DNA of 64,000 nt, taken from Fibrobacterota bacterium (GTDB lineage Bacteria; Fibrobacterota; Fibrobacteria; UBA11236). Position numbers and translations under genes: made by a program. The stretch lies in contig JAQBPO010000033.1 of the NCBI GenBank assembly GCA_028287465.1, forward strand, positions 4,688 through 68,687, in the 5' to 3' direction. Under the pieces are notes generated by a model, which saw only the letters and a program-made list of their open reading frames with translations, was not told the origin of the DNA and did no database searches. Positions 9,175 through 18,916 of the stretch are shown here, piece after piece (within the stretch, counting starts at the first letter, position 1; every line of letters starts with the position of its first letter).

Positions 9175-11694
9175 TCAGGTCCCGACGTGCGTTTCCCGCG
9201 CATCGGGTTTTTTGATCTCGCCGTTCTTCTTGATCTCGTCCGGCTTCTTCACGCCGGACGTTTTCATGCCGTCGGCCTGCTCCTGGGGATTCAGGTAGTA
9301 ATACCCGTAACGCGCATAGTAGTTCTCGTCGGCGGGCGAACGGTGGATGCCGTTGATAACGGCCACCAGGGGGAGCTCCCGGTCCTTGAACGGTTCCAGG
9401 GCGCGTTGCGCCTCGGTGGCGGACACCACTCCGGAGCGGAGCACGTACAGGACCCCGCGGGCCATGCGCGCGAAATTCAGGGGATCCGCGGTGACGATGA
9501 CGGGCGGGCCGTCCACGATGACCACCTCGTAGGCCGACTTCATCATCTGCAGGTAGTATTCCATGGGCGCCCGGTAGGCGGCCTCGGTGGCCGACTCGTC
9601 GAAGATGCCCTTGGGCATGAGCGACAGGTTCTGCTGCGAGGTGGCCAGGAGCATGGAATGGGCGCGCCGGCCGAAATCCGGATCCACGCCGCCGCGCAAA
9701 AGGTCGATGAGGCCGCGTTGGGGGGCATGGCCGAACAGGCGTTCCTGCCGGCCATGGCGGAAATCCGCGTCGACCAACAAGGTGCGGCGGCCGCGGCGGG
9801 CGAAGCCCACGGCCAGATTGGCGGCCACCAGGGATTTGCCTTCATTGGGCTGGGTGCTGGTGACGAGGATGCACATGCCCTCGCGGCCCTGCTCGGAATC
9901 GAAGCGGTGTTCCAGCTCGACGCGCAGGGCGCGGTAGGCTTCCACGTCCGCGGCCCCGGCCAGGCGACCGTGATGCAGCAATCGATCATCCACCGAGAGG
10001 CCTCCGGGGGAGGTGGCCGGCATGCGGCGCGCGGTCCCGCCGGGAATATGGAAGAGCGAACCCACCACCTTGACCTTGAGCTTGCGTTCCGCATCGTCCT
10101 TGTTCCAGATCCGCGGGAAAAGGATCTGCGAGAGCAGGGCCCACAGGAATCCCGGGAAGATGGCCAGGACCGCGGCGGCGGCGGAAAAGACCAGGCGGTT
10201 GCTCAGGCTGGGCGCCTCGTAGATGGGGGGCCGGGCCGCGTCCATGACGTTGACCTGGAACATATTGGGGCCCGCGCCCAGCTTGGCGCGATCGTATTCG
10301 CCTTGGAGGTTGTCGAGGGCCTTTCCGGCGTTGTCGCGATCGTCGGTCAGGCGCTTGGCCTCGATGGTCAGGCCCATGTCCCCGTTGCCGCCCGGCAGGT
10401 TGCGGATGATCTCGTTGCCCGCCTGGGACAACTTCGATTGGTACATGGAGCGCGTTTCCTCGGCCAGCTTGGCCACCGGGGTGAACATGGCCGTCATCTC
10501 CTCGTCCACGGCCTTCACGTATGGGTGCGTCGCATTATAGGTCGAGGTCATGGTGGCCTTCTTGCGCTCCAGCTCGGTCATGCGCCCGCGCAGGGCCTCG
10601 GCGCGCTGGATGCCCTGGCCGCTGAGCAGGGCCAGCACCTCGCTCATCCACAGGGTCTTGTCTTCGTCGCCGTCGTTGACCGAGGGCTTTCCCGAGAGGC
10701 TCTGCATCAGGCGGTCGAGGTTGGTCTCGATCTGGGCCTTCTGGGTCTGGGCGCTCGCGAGGGCGTAGGGATTGCCTTCCTTCACCGCCAGGCGCGATTG
10801 GTTCTTCTCGTAGAATTGGGCCAGGCGATCCTGGGCCTTGTTGAAGTTCTCGCGGGAAGCGGCGATGCTCTGCTTCATCTGCTCGAGCATGTCCTGATCC
10901 TGGTTCTCGTTGTTCCCGGTATAGACCTGGATGAAATTGCCGGTGAGATGGTTCAGCACGTCCGCCACCAGGAAAGGATCCCGGTCCAGCAGCTCGATGG
11001 AATAATTGACCGCCACCTGTCCCTTGTCCAGCGGCTGCACCTTGAGACGGGAAGCGAAATCTTTCAGGGCCTCGTCCTGGGTCTGGAAGATCATGTCGAC
11101 CTGGAAACCGCGCGAAACCTCCAGCAACGGGGCCGGGAAGGAGATGTGGCCGCCCGGGATGCCCACGCCGTTCTTGGCGTCCGCCAAGCCGTCGTGGAGA
11201 AGCTGGTAGCCGCGCGTTCCCCAAGGGCGGAACAGGACGCGCACGCGCCTATCCCCGGCGAATTCGAAACGGTAGCGCCCCGGAATGGTCTGATCGCCAT
11301 AAGAGAGGCTCTGGATCACGTGCTTGCGGAACACCTCCTTGGAGGTCACCTTCATGCGGAGGCCCATCTCATCGATGGTCTTCATCAGCACCTTCTGGCT
11401 CAGGAACAACCGCACCACCGATTCCGCCTCGCCCATGGAGACGTCGCGCACGACATTCTGCTGGGTGCCCGTAACCCGCGGGAAACGGAGGTACGCCACG
11501 CTGGAATAGCTCTTGGGGATATCGTAGAAGGCGAGGAAGACCGCGGCGGGAATGGCTATCAGGGCCCAGATCGCCATGAGCTGCCACTTCTTCAGCCACA
11601 GCACATGCATGAAAGTGGACGGAGAGGACACGCTGCTCTTGGGATTGAGGTATTCCTCCAGGTCGAGACCGCGTTCCCTTTTCTTGGGATCCAT
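9175..11694 (-). CDS. polysaccharide co-polymerase / BY-kinase (fused Wzc-like chain-length determinant plus tyrosine autokinase), paralog 1
   Basis: 839 aa. Two TM segments flank a long coiled-coil periplasmic domain. Walker A (TSTQPNEGKS), Walker A' (VDADFR) and Walker B (VVIVDGPPV). C-terminal Tyr cluster YYARYGYYY. Confidence 0.85.
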   Translation of the reverse strand: MDPKKRERGLDLEEYLNPKSSVSSPSTFMHVLWLKKWQLMAIWALIAIPAAVFLAFYDIPKSYSSVAYLRFPRVTGTQQNVVRDVSMGEAESVVRLFLSQKVLMKTIDEMGLRMKVTSKEVFRKHVIQSLSYGDQTIPGRYRFEFAGDRRVRVLFRPWGTRGYQLLHDGLADAKNGVGIPGGHISFPAPLLEVSRGFQVDMIFQTQDEALKDFASRLKVQPLDKGQVAVNYSIELLDRDPFLVADVLNHLTGNFIQVYTGNNENQDQDMLEQMKQSIAASRENFNKAQDRLAQFYEKNQSRLAVKEGNPYALASAQTQKAQIETNLDRLMQSLSGKPSVNDGDEDKTLWMSEVLALLSGQGIQRAEALRGRMTELERKKATMTSTYNATHPYVKAVDEEMTAMFTPVAKLAEETRSMYQSKLSQAGNEIIRNLPGGNGDMGLTIEAKRLTDDRDNAGKALDNLQGEYDRAKLGAGPNMFQVNVMDAARPPIYEAPSLSNRLVFSAAAAVLAIFPGFLWALLSQILFPRIWNKDDAERKLKVKVVGSLFHIPGGTARRMPATSPGGLSVDDRLLHHGRLAGAADVEAYRALRVELEHRFDSEQGREGMCILVTSTQPNEGKSLVAANLAVGFARRGRRTLLVDADFRHGRQERLFGHAPQRGLIDLLRGGVDPDFGRRAHSMLLATSQQNLSLMPKGIFDESATEAAYRAPMEYYLQMMKSAYEVVIVDGPPVIVTADPLNFARMARGVLYVLRSGVVSATEAQRALEPFKDRELPLVAVINGIHRSPADENYYARYGYYYLNPQEQADGMKTSGVKKPDEIKKNGEIKKPDARETHVGT

Positions 11695-11790
11695 AAGACC
11701 GCTCCGTGCTATTTTTAATAAGAATGAAAATTTTTGCGCGGGGGCGGGACAGGTTTTAATTTAGGGTCACACTTCCGACCGGAGACCTTG

Positions 11791-12489
11791 ATGAAACGGA
11801 CCGTTCATACCGATTATAGGCGCTCTTTGGGCTTGCCTTGGGCTATTTGCCTGTTACTTTGCCTGTTTCCGGCTCTTTCGGGGGGTCTCGCCCAGGCCAA
11901 GGACCGCGAAGCGCCCCGGGAGGAATTCCTGGCCGGCGACGCCATCCGCATCCTCATCCCCGCCGATACCGGGTCGGTCCTCAAGGGCATCTATCCCATC
12001 GACGGCACCGGCATGGCGGATCTCCCCATCGCGGGGCGGGTCGTGATCGCGGGAAAGAACCGCCAGAACATCGAGCAATACCTGGCCGGGATCTGGGCGC
12101 CTTACCTGAAGGACACCCATGTGCAGGCCACGCCCGTCATCCGCGTCGCCATCATGGGAAACGTCAAGGAGCCCGGCTATTACTACCCGTCGCCCGACGC
12201 GGTCATCTTCGACGCCATCAAGATGGCGGGCGGGCCGGTCCTGCCCTTCAAGCTGGAGGAGACCACCCACCTGCGCGCCGGAAAGGAAATCAACGATGAG
12301 TTGACCAGGAACATCAGCCAGGGCATGACCTTGCGGGAAGCGGGAATCATCTCCGGCGATGAGATCCTGGTTCCCGTACCGGAGCGCATCACCCTCAAGG
12401 AAGCCATTCCCCTGGTGGGCACGGCCCTGGCCATCGTGCTGAACGCCATGACCATCTATTTCCTCACCGCGGATCGCAACAACAACTAG
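11791..12489 (+). CDS. polysaccharide export protein (Wza/SLBB-type periplasmic)
   Basis: 232 aa from ATG 11791 with GGAG 7 nt upstream. Signal peptide, then polysaccharide-export and SLBB-like motifs. Divergent from Wzc paralog 1 across a 96-bp AT-rich spacer. Confidence 0.72.
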   Translation: MKRTVHTDYRRSLGLPWAICLLLCLFPALSGGLAQAKDREAPREEFLAGDAIRILIPADTGSVLKGIYPIDGTGMADLPIAGRVVIAGKNRQNIEQYLAGIWAPYLKDTHVQATPVIRVAIMGNVKEPGYYYPSPDAVIFDAIKMAGGPVLPFKLEETTHLRAGKEINDELTRNISQGMTLREAGIISGDEILVPVPERITLKEAIPLVGTALAIVLNAMTIYFLTADRNNN

Positions 12490-12510
12490 CCGGTCGATGG
12501 TGGATCGGCT

Positions 12511-13632
12511 TCAGCACACCCGGGCGAAGGCCGAATCCACGCGTTCCCGCAGGATCCGGTAGGAGAATTCGTATTCCGCGATCTCCCGGCTACGCACCGA
12601 GAACCGTTCCCGGCGGATGGGGTCGTCGAGCAGGCTGCCGATGGCCCTGGCCCAATCCTCCGTGCCCGAATGGTAGGGCATCAGGATCCCGTTCTCGCCG
12701 TTCCGCACGCCTTCCCGCACGCCTCCCACGTCCGTACCCACGATGGGCAGGCCCACGGCGCAGGCCTCCGTAACCACCATGCCCATGTGCTCCTTGCGCG
12801 TGGGGAAGACGAAGATGTCCGCGCTGCGGTAGGCTTCGACCAGTTCCATCGGATCCTTATGGCCCAGGCCGGAAAGGTGTTCTACGCCATCGGGCCAGTC
12901 GCGCCCCTTCAGGGACGGATCGTTGGACACGATGCGGAGGCGGGCGCGCGGATACAGGTGCTTGGTGAAGAGGTCGAGCAGGAACTCGCCGCCCTTGCGC
13001 GCGAAATCGTTCCCGACGAAGAGCAGGGTGGGAGGCTCCACGCGCATGCGCGACCAGTCCGGCGACCAGAGGTCGGTGTCCAGGCCTCCCGGCGCAACGT
13101 AGATCCGTTCCGGCTCCACGCCGAAATCGTTCACCAGGGAGCGCGCGCACCAATGGGTGCGGGGCAGGAAGGCGCGGGCGCGGCCGATCACGGACCGGTA
13201 CTTGGGCGTGACCAGCAGGGATTTGAGGCCGCACATCAGCTTGGCCGCGGGTCCGCGGGTGGTGTCCCGAAGCAGTCGGTAGGAGAGTAGGTTGGTGGAA
13301 TCGTGGGCGAGGATGGCGGGATAAAGGGGATCGATCTCCTGCAGCGCCGGCATCAGCTCGAAGCTCTGCACGAATACGGCTTCGGCGGGAGGCGGCGGAT
13401 TCCGGCGCAGCTTCCAGCGCAGGATGGACGACCCTACGAACAGCCCGGAAAGGCGGTTGAACGCCGGGATCTCCTTCTTATGGTTCCCGTAGTCGGACTC
13501 GTCCAGGAAGACGTAATGGGGCTTGATATGGGGCATGCCCTCCACCACGCGCATCAGATGGGAGCTGAAGGTTTTCCCTCCCAGCACCCTCGAAAGCAGG
13601 AACAGAACCGGTTTCGATTTATACCGTGTCAT
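12511..13632 (-). CDS. glycosyltransferase family 4 (GT-B, group 1)
   Basis: 374 aa from the internal ATG 13632 (MTRYKSKPVLF). This overlaps the upstream GT stop by 14 nt, whereas the track start at 13734 would overlap by >100 nt. GT4 C-terminal EX7E-type region. Confidence 0.78.
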   Translation of the reverse strand: MTRYKSKPVLFLLSRVLGGKTFSSHLMRVVEGMPHIKPHYVFLDESDYGNHKKEIPAFNRLSGLFVGSSILRWKLRRNPPPPAEAVFVQSFELMPALQEIDPLYPAILAHDSTNLLSYRLLRDTTRGPAAKLMCGLKSLLVTPKYRSVIGRARAFLPRTHWCARSLVNDFGVEPERIYVAPGGLDTDLWSPDWSRMRVEPPTLLFVGNDFARKGGEFLLDLFTKHLYPRARLRIVSNDPSLKGRDWPDGVEHLSGLGHKDPMELVEAYRSADIFVFPTRKEHMGMVVTEACAVGLPIVGTDVGGVREGVRNGENGILMPYHSGTEDWARAIGSLLDDPIRRERFSVRSREIAEYEFSYRILRERVDSAFARVC

Positions 13633-14824
13633 ATGCGCCTTTCGCCTCCGCCAGGACCTGGGGCGTCTTGACGGGGATCTGCCGCAGCACGCGGCCGTAG
13701 AAATCCAGAAGACGTTGGAAATAATGGTTCGCATTGAATTCGGTGACCGAGCGCATGCGCCCGGCCATGCCCAGGCTCTTGCGGAGGACCGGGTCCCCCA
13801 TCAGGCGATCGAGCTTCGCGGCCAGGTCGTCCGCGTCCCCGGCCTTGAACAGCAGGCCGTTGACGCCGTTCTCGATCACGGTGGGTATGCCTTCGATATC
13901 GGAACCCACGAGCGGTTTCCCGCAGGCCATGGCCTCCAGGAGCACGCGCCCCATGGCCTCCGTGCGCGAAGGGAGCACGAAGATGCCGCAGCGGCCCATA
14001 TGCGAGGGCATTTCCGGCGAGTACACGGGGGGATGGTGGAAGATGTCCGGATGCCCTCCCATGGACTCCTTAAGCTCCCGGTCATCCGGGAACCAGCCGA
14101 GGATCTTGAGCTTCCAACCGGGATGGCGCGGGGCCACCTGCTTGAAGGCTTCGATGAGCAGGTCCACTCCCTTCAGGCGGAAGGGGAACCCCACGAACAG
14201 GATCACCTTCTCCTCGCCCAGGTCCTGGAAAGGTTCCAGATCCACGTAGTCGAAGAAGTGCTCCACCACGGGGGTCCGGATGCGCTCGCGGTAACGCTTG
14301 AGTTGCGCCGGGAACAGGGTCTTGATGCCGTCGGCGCGGGCCAGGGTGAAGCCGACGATGCGCGGATACAGCCACTTCTTGAACGCGAGCATGAAGCCGG
14401 GACCGCCGTCCAGGTAGTTGGCGTAGGAATCGTAGACGCCGTTGACCTCCGGCGCGAAGCGCGCGCCCGCCAATCGCGCGACCAGGAGGCCGATGAGCCC
14501 GGAGCGGAGCGGATCATAGGTCACGACCAGGTCCCAGCCTTCCGACCCGAAGCGGGCCTTCAGGGCCGTGAGGCACCCGTACAGGAGGAACTTCAGGTTC
14601 ATCCAGGGCTTCCAGAGGCCGCCGCGGCGATGGCGCAGGGCCTTCAGGGTGAAGTTGCCGAGCTTATGCTCGCCCGCTTCCGGCATGCTGGTGAGGATGC
14701 GCCCTTCATAGCGTTCGGAAAGGCGCTCCATGCGCTTACGCAGGGAGTCCTTGATTTCCCAGAGCGGTCCGGGAAGGATGAATAGGAGACGGTTGCGCTT
14801 TATCATCTTTTGGACGGAGCCCAC
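13619..14824 (-). CDS. glycosyltransferase family 4
   Basis: 401 aa. GT-B fold with conserved VLPSRTEAMGRVLLEAMACGKPLVGSDIEGI block. Confidence 0.8.
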   Translation of the reverse strand: MGSVQKMIKRNRLLFILPGPLWEIKDSLRKRMERLSERYEGRILTSMPEAGEHKLGNFTLKALRHRRGGLWKPWMNLKFLLYGCLTALKARFGSEGWDLVVTYDPLRSGLIGLLVARLAGARFAPEVNGVYDSYANYLDGGPGFMLAFKKWLYPRIVGFTLARADGIKTLFPAQLKRYRERIRTPVVEHFFDYVDLEPFQDLGEEKVILFVGFPFRLKGVDLLIEAFKQVAPRHPGWKLKILGWFPDDRELKESMGGHPDIFHHPPVYSPEMPSHMGRCGIFVLPSRTEAMGRVLLEAMACGKPLVGSDIEGIPTVIENGVNGLLFKAGDADDLAAKLDRLMGDPVLRKSLGMAGRMRSVTEFNANHYFQRLLDFYGRVLRQIPVKTPQVLAEAKGAYDTV

Positions 14825-16167
14825 ATGGTGATACGTTCGCCGCGGAGGTATTTGATCCAGGCGGCCAGGATGGCTGCGTTGGCCTGGGCGAAGAAGAACG
14901 GGACCTTGACCAGGGTGCTGCCCTGGGCGGACGCCGAGACCAAACCCAGGAGGGCCAGGCCGTAGAACAGCGCCTGGAAGGCGCCGGCCGCATAGGCGGC
15001 GCGTTGGCCCATGGCCATGCCCGCCAAGGTGGCGGGGACCAGGAGGATCATGAATACCGGGGCCAGCCAGCGCATGAGCTTGTGGCTCAATAGCTGGAAG
15101 GAGAAGAACCCGAAGCGGCGGAAATCGAGCATTTCCAGGTTGGCGAAAAGGGCGGTGATGCCCCGGACCAGGGTGCGCACCTTGCGCTGGAATTCGCTCT
15201 GCCCGAGCTTGATGTCCTTATAATAGCCGATCACGGCGTCGTCCGAGACCGCGCGGTAACCCAGGCGGACGCAATTCATGACCGTGTTGAAATCCGAAGG
15301 CAGATCCTCGGCCCAGAGCATGCAGACGGATCGCCGCGCGGCGAAGAAGGATCCGCTCATGCCCACCACGCCCCGGACGTCCGATTCCAGGCGGCGCAGG
15401 AGCATCTCGTAACGGACGTAAAGGCCTTCGCCCGAGGGCTTGCCGTCCTCGCCGATCATCTTGTCCGTGGAGCTCAGGGCCCCGATGGTCGGATCCTCGA
15501 ACTGACGCACCAGCAGGCGCAGGGCCTCCTTGTCGAGAAGGGTGGCCACGTCCGAAAAGACGAGGATTTCCCCCGTACTGCCGAGGATTCCGTGTTTCTG
15601 GGCATGCTCCTTGCCCTTGCGGACGGCCACCTTGGCGATCTTCACCCCGGGATAGGAGGCCGCGATTTCCTCGGTCGAGTCCGTGGAGGCGTCCGAAGCC
15701 ACGATGATTTCGAGGCGTTCGGGATCGTAATCGAGCGTTACGCTGTTTTCGAGCTTGGCGCGGATCCGGTCCTGTTCGTTATGGGCGGTGATGATCAGGG
15801 AGATCCTGGGTTCGAACCGGGGGTTCCCGTACTCGCCGCCCATCAGAACGACTCCATCCCTCGCATGGAGCGGATACGCGATGCCGTCCGCCGGGTTGCC
15901 CCTCGGTCCGGCGGATCCCGCATTGTCGTGCGCAAGGCCGCCATGGGCGCCGAAAGGGTCCGACAGGCCGGCGGTCGCGAGTACGGCATCCCCTTCGGAA
16001 GCGCGCGCCTGGTCCGATCGCGGCCCGCGGACGGCGGCCTCCCGGCGCGCTATGTTGCGCGCGGCGAAAGGCGCCTTGCGGGCGGCGAGCAATACCAGGG
16101 GGTAGATGAAATAGGAGTAGACGGACAGAAAGGCGAGGACCCCTATCAGGAATACGGTCGTTGTCAT
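14803..16167 (-). CDS. membrane-associated glycosyltransferase family 2
   Basis: 454 aa. N-terminal TM helix, GT-A core (ISLIITAHNEQDRI, DASTD, DxD region), C-terminal TM helices. Synthase-like topology. Confidence 0.75.
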   Translation of the reverse strand: MTTTVFLIGVLAFLSVYSYFIYPLVLLAARKAPFAARNIARREAAVRGPRSDQARASEGDAVLATAGLSDPFGAHGGLAHDNAGSAGPRGNPADGIAYPLHARDGVVLMGGEYGNPRFEPRISLIITAHNEQDRIRAKLENSVTLDYDPERLEIIVASDASTDSTEEIAASYPGVKIAKVAVRKGKEHAQKHGILGSTGEILVFSDVATLLDKEALRLLVRQFEDPTIGALSSTDKMIGEDGKPSGEGLYVRYEMLLRRLESDVRGVVGMSGSFFAARRSVCMLWAEDLPSDFNTVMNCVRLGYRAVSDDAVIGYYKDIKLGQSEFQRKVRTLVRGITALFANLEMLDFRRFGFFSFQLLSHKLMRWLAPVFMILLVPATLAGMAMGQRAAYAAGAFQALFYGLALLGLVSASAQGSTLVKVPFFFAQANAAILAAWIKYLRGERITMWAPSKR

Positions 16168-16458
16168 GACATCCTCTCATCCCGCCGGTGCCGCGGGACT
16201 ACGGTCCGGAAGCGAGTATATTCGATCGCAAAAAAGCCAAGGTATCCCGAAGCCGCCGAACGGGCCCGGGCGAACAAGTCCAAAATAAATTCCGCGCATG
16301 GGGGGTGGGCCGTTTCCGTAAGGCCGGATTGGAGCGGATCCCGCCCTTTTTTAACTTCAAACGGCATCGGTGCAGGCTTGTCCCGGATCCGTTTAAAACA
16401 TTGTTTGGTTGTCGGATGCGCCGATCCGCGCAGCCCCAACCTATTCAGGCGGTTTCCG

Positions 16459-17631
16459 ATGTCCGAACATGCCTCGTCCAAGCCCTCCGCGCCGCCCGTG
16501 CAGGTGGCCCATGCGATCCATAGCGGCGGTTTCTACGGGGCCGAAAAGGTCATTTGCGATCTGGCGCGCGAACAGCTCGCGAGCTCCGGTTGCGCGCCGC
16601 GCCTGTTCGCCATTCTGGATCCGGGCCAGGCCGGGAACGAGGTCGCCGATCGCGCGTCCGCCCTGGGACTGCCCGTTTCGCTCATCCATGCGCCCGTCGG
16701 CATCTCCTTCAAGGGCCTGCGGAATTATGCGCGGGCCTTGATCGAGGCCGGCGTGGTCCTGGTCCATTCCCACGGGTACAAGGCCACGGCCTTCCATCTC
16801 TGCTCCCGCTGGCTCGGCATGCATCGCGTGCCCCTGGTCGTCACCGCGCACGGGTATTCCAAGAGTTCCGGCAGCTTGAAGTCCGCGATCTACCGCTGGC
16901 TGGACATCGTCTTCCTGGGCGCCGCGGATTCCGTGGTGGCCGTTTCCCATGAGATGGAATCCTACCTGCGCGCGCGCAATCCCGTGGTCCGGCTGCGCAC
17001 CATCCCCAACGGGATCAGCCCGCAGATCCGGGTGGAGGAATCCCATCCTCTCCTGAGCGCCCTGGGCATCCTGCCCGGGGATCCGCGCCCGCCCGTGATA
17101 GGGACCGCCGGCCGCCTGGTGCCCATGAAGAACCATGCCATGCTCATCCGCGCCTACGCCGAGCTCCGCAAGATCGTTCCCTGCCGCCTCGTCATCATCG
17201 GCGAGGGCCCGTTGCGATCCTCGCTGGAGCAGCTGTGGCGCGAACTCATCCCCGACGAACCGGTCGGCCTCTATCCTTTCCAGAGCCAGGTGCTCGATTG
17301 GGTGGCGGACATGGACGTGTTCGCCCTGCCCTCCAACGACGGCGAAGGCCTGCCCATGGCCCTCTTGGAGGCCGGCCTCCTGGAACGCGCCGTGGTCTGC
17401 TCCGATTCCGGCGGCATGCCGGAACTGGTGCGCGATTGGATCACCGGCCGCCTCATCCATATGGGGGACCAGGATGCGTTGGTCAAGGCCCTGGAGGACC
17501 TGGTCCTCTCCCCTGAGAACCGGGCGGCCTACGGAAAGGCCTTGCGGAAGGAAGTGCTCGCCGACCACGACATCCGCGCCACCCACGGCCGCTATCTGGA
17601 AACCTATGCCCAAGTCCTCGCGGTGGACTGA
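16459..17631 (+). CDS. glycosyltransferase family 4
   Basis: 390 aa from the in-frame ATG 16459 (MSEHASS...). Upstream of that the 15592..17631 ORF is antisense shadow over the GT2 gene. First gene of a + strand operon. Confidence 0.8.
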   Translation: MSEHASSKPSAPPVQVAHAIHSGGFYGAEKVICDLAREQLASSGCAPRLFAILDPGQAGNEVADRASALGLPVSLIHAPVGISFKGLRNYARALIEAGVVLVHSHGYKATAFHLCSRWLGMHRVPLVVTAHGYSKSSGSLKSAIYRWLDIVFLGAADSVVAVSHEMESYLRARNPVVRLRTIPNGISPQIRVEESHPLLSALGILPGDPRPPVIGTAGRLVPMKNHAMLIRAYAELRKIVPCRLVIIGEGPLRSSLEQLWRELIPDEPVGLYPFQSQVLDWVADMDVFALPSNDGEGLPMALLEAGLLERAVVCSDSGGMPELVRDWITGRLIHMGDQDALVKALEDLVLSPENRAAYGKALRKEVLADHDIRATHGRYLETYAQVLAVD

Positions 17632-17638
17632 GGAACCC

Positions 17639-18916
17639 ATGGAGAACCTGAATCCGGAAACCCTGGTCGAGGATCGCATCCTCGATTCCCTCTCTCCCGG
17701 CCCGCACGCGGCCTGGAAGGCTTCCGCCCATGCCCCGGCGCGGCCCCTCAAGATCCTGCAGGTGAGCCATGACCTGCATGCCGGCGGCCTGCAGCGCGTG
17801 GTCATCGATCTGGCGCAAGGCCTGCGGCGCCTGGGCCACGACGCGCATATCTGTTCCTTGCGCGGCACCGGCCCCCTGGAGGCCGAGATCCGCGGTCGCG
17901 GCATCCCGCTGTGGCCCATGCCCTGGCCGCAGACCGGCTCCGACCGGTGGATGTTCCTCAAGGTGCTGCGGCTGCTCAGGACGCAACGCTACGACGTCAT
18001 CCACACCCATAATACCCAGCCTTTCCTGGACGGAGGGCTGGCCGCCTTCCTCGCCCGCGTCCCCGTGCGCGTGCATACGGACCATGCGCGCGCCTTCCCG
18101 GACCGCCTGCGCTACATGGTCATGGAGAGGCTGATGTCCCATGGCTACGGCAAGGTGGTGGGCGTTTCCGCGCATACCGCCGACAACCTCCGCCGCTACG
18201 AGGGAATCGACTCCGCGCGGCTTTCCGTGATCCTCAACGGCATCGACGGCGCCTGGTACCGGGCGGAACGCGATCGCCTGGACGCGTCCCGCTTGCGCCG
18301 CGAGGCCGGGCTGGACCGGTTCGGCCGCGTCATCGGCCTGGGCGTGCGCCTGGAGGAACAGAAGGGGATCCGGTACCTGCTGGAGGCCATGCCTGCCATC
18401 CTGGCCCGCCACCCCGATACGGGCCTGGCGGTGGCGGGGACCGGCAGCCTGGGGGACGATCTCAAGGAGCGCGCGCGCGCCTTGGGGATCGCGGATAACG
18501 TCCGCTTCCTGGGCGCCTACCCGCAACTGACCCCGTTCTATCCCCTCATCGATATCTTCGTGCTCCCTTCCCTTTGGGAAGGCCTGCCCTTGTGCCTGCT
18601 GGAAGCCATGAGCCTGGGCCTCCCCATCGTCGCGACGCGCGTGGGCGGCGTGGGCGATCTGATCGAGGACGGCCGCACCGGCAGCCTGGCACCGCCCATG
18701 GACGCGGTCCCGCTGGCGGCCGCGGTGAACGCCTTGCTGGACGATCCCGGGCGCGCGGAGGCCATGGGCCTTGAAGCCCGGCGCGTGTTCGATGCCCGCT
18801 ACGACAGCGGGGTCATGGTGGACCGTTACCTGGAACTGTACCGGGAGCTCGACCCCAAAGGGAAAGCGGATCCGGGGCGGACAGGCCCGGGGAAGGGATC
18901 GGCGGGAACCGCATGA
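17639..18916 (+). CDS. glycosyltransferase family 4
   Basis: 425 aa from ATG 17639 (MENLNPET). GT4 motifs (LPSLWEGLPLCLLEAMSLGLPIVATRVGG). The longer track ORF from 17135 is an extension over the previous gene. Confidence 0.8.
   Translation: MENLNPETLVEDRILDSLSPGPHAAWKASAHAPARPLKILQVSHDLHAGGLQRVVIDLAQGLRRLGHDAHICSLRGTGPLEAEIRGRGIPLWPMPWPQTGSDRWMFLKVLRLLRTQRYDVIHTHNTQPFLDGGLAAFLARVPVRVHTDHARAFPDRLRYMVMERLMSHGYGKVVGVSAHTADNLRRYEGIDSARLSVILNGIDGAWYRAERDRLDASRLRREAGLDRFGRVIGLGVRLEEQKGIRYLLEAMPAILARHPDTGLAVAGTGSLGDDLKERARALGIADNVRFLGAYPQLTPFYPLIDIFVLPSLWEGLPLCLLEAMSLGLPIVATRVGGVGDLIEDGRTGSLAPPMDAVPLAAAVNALLDDPGRAEAMGLEARRVFDARYDSGVMVDRYLELYRELDPKGKADPGRTGPGKGSAGTA

Noticed and set aside
9016-11718. 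900-aa plus-strand ORF opposite the Wzc paralog 1 gene
   Set aside because: Antisense shadow; compositionally biased (G/A/R/H-rich) with no domain signatures. The minus strand has a bona fide BY-kinase.
15592-16458. 5' extension of ORF 15592..17631
   Set aside because: Overlaps the minus-strand GT2 gene and the divergent promoter region. The GT4 domain starts at ATG 16459.
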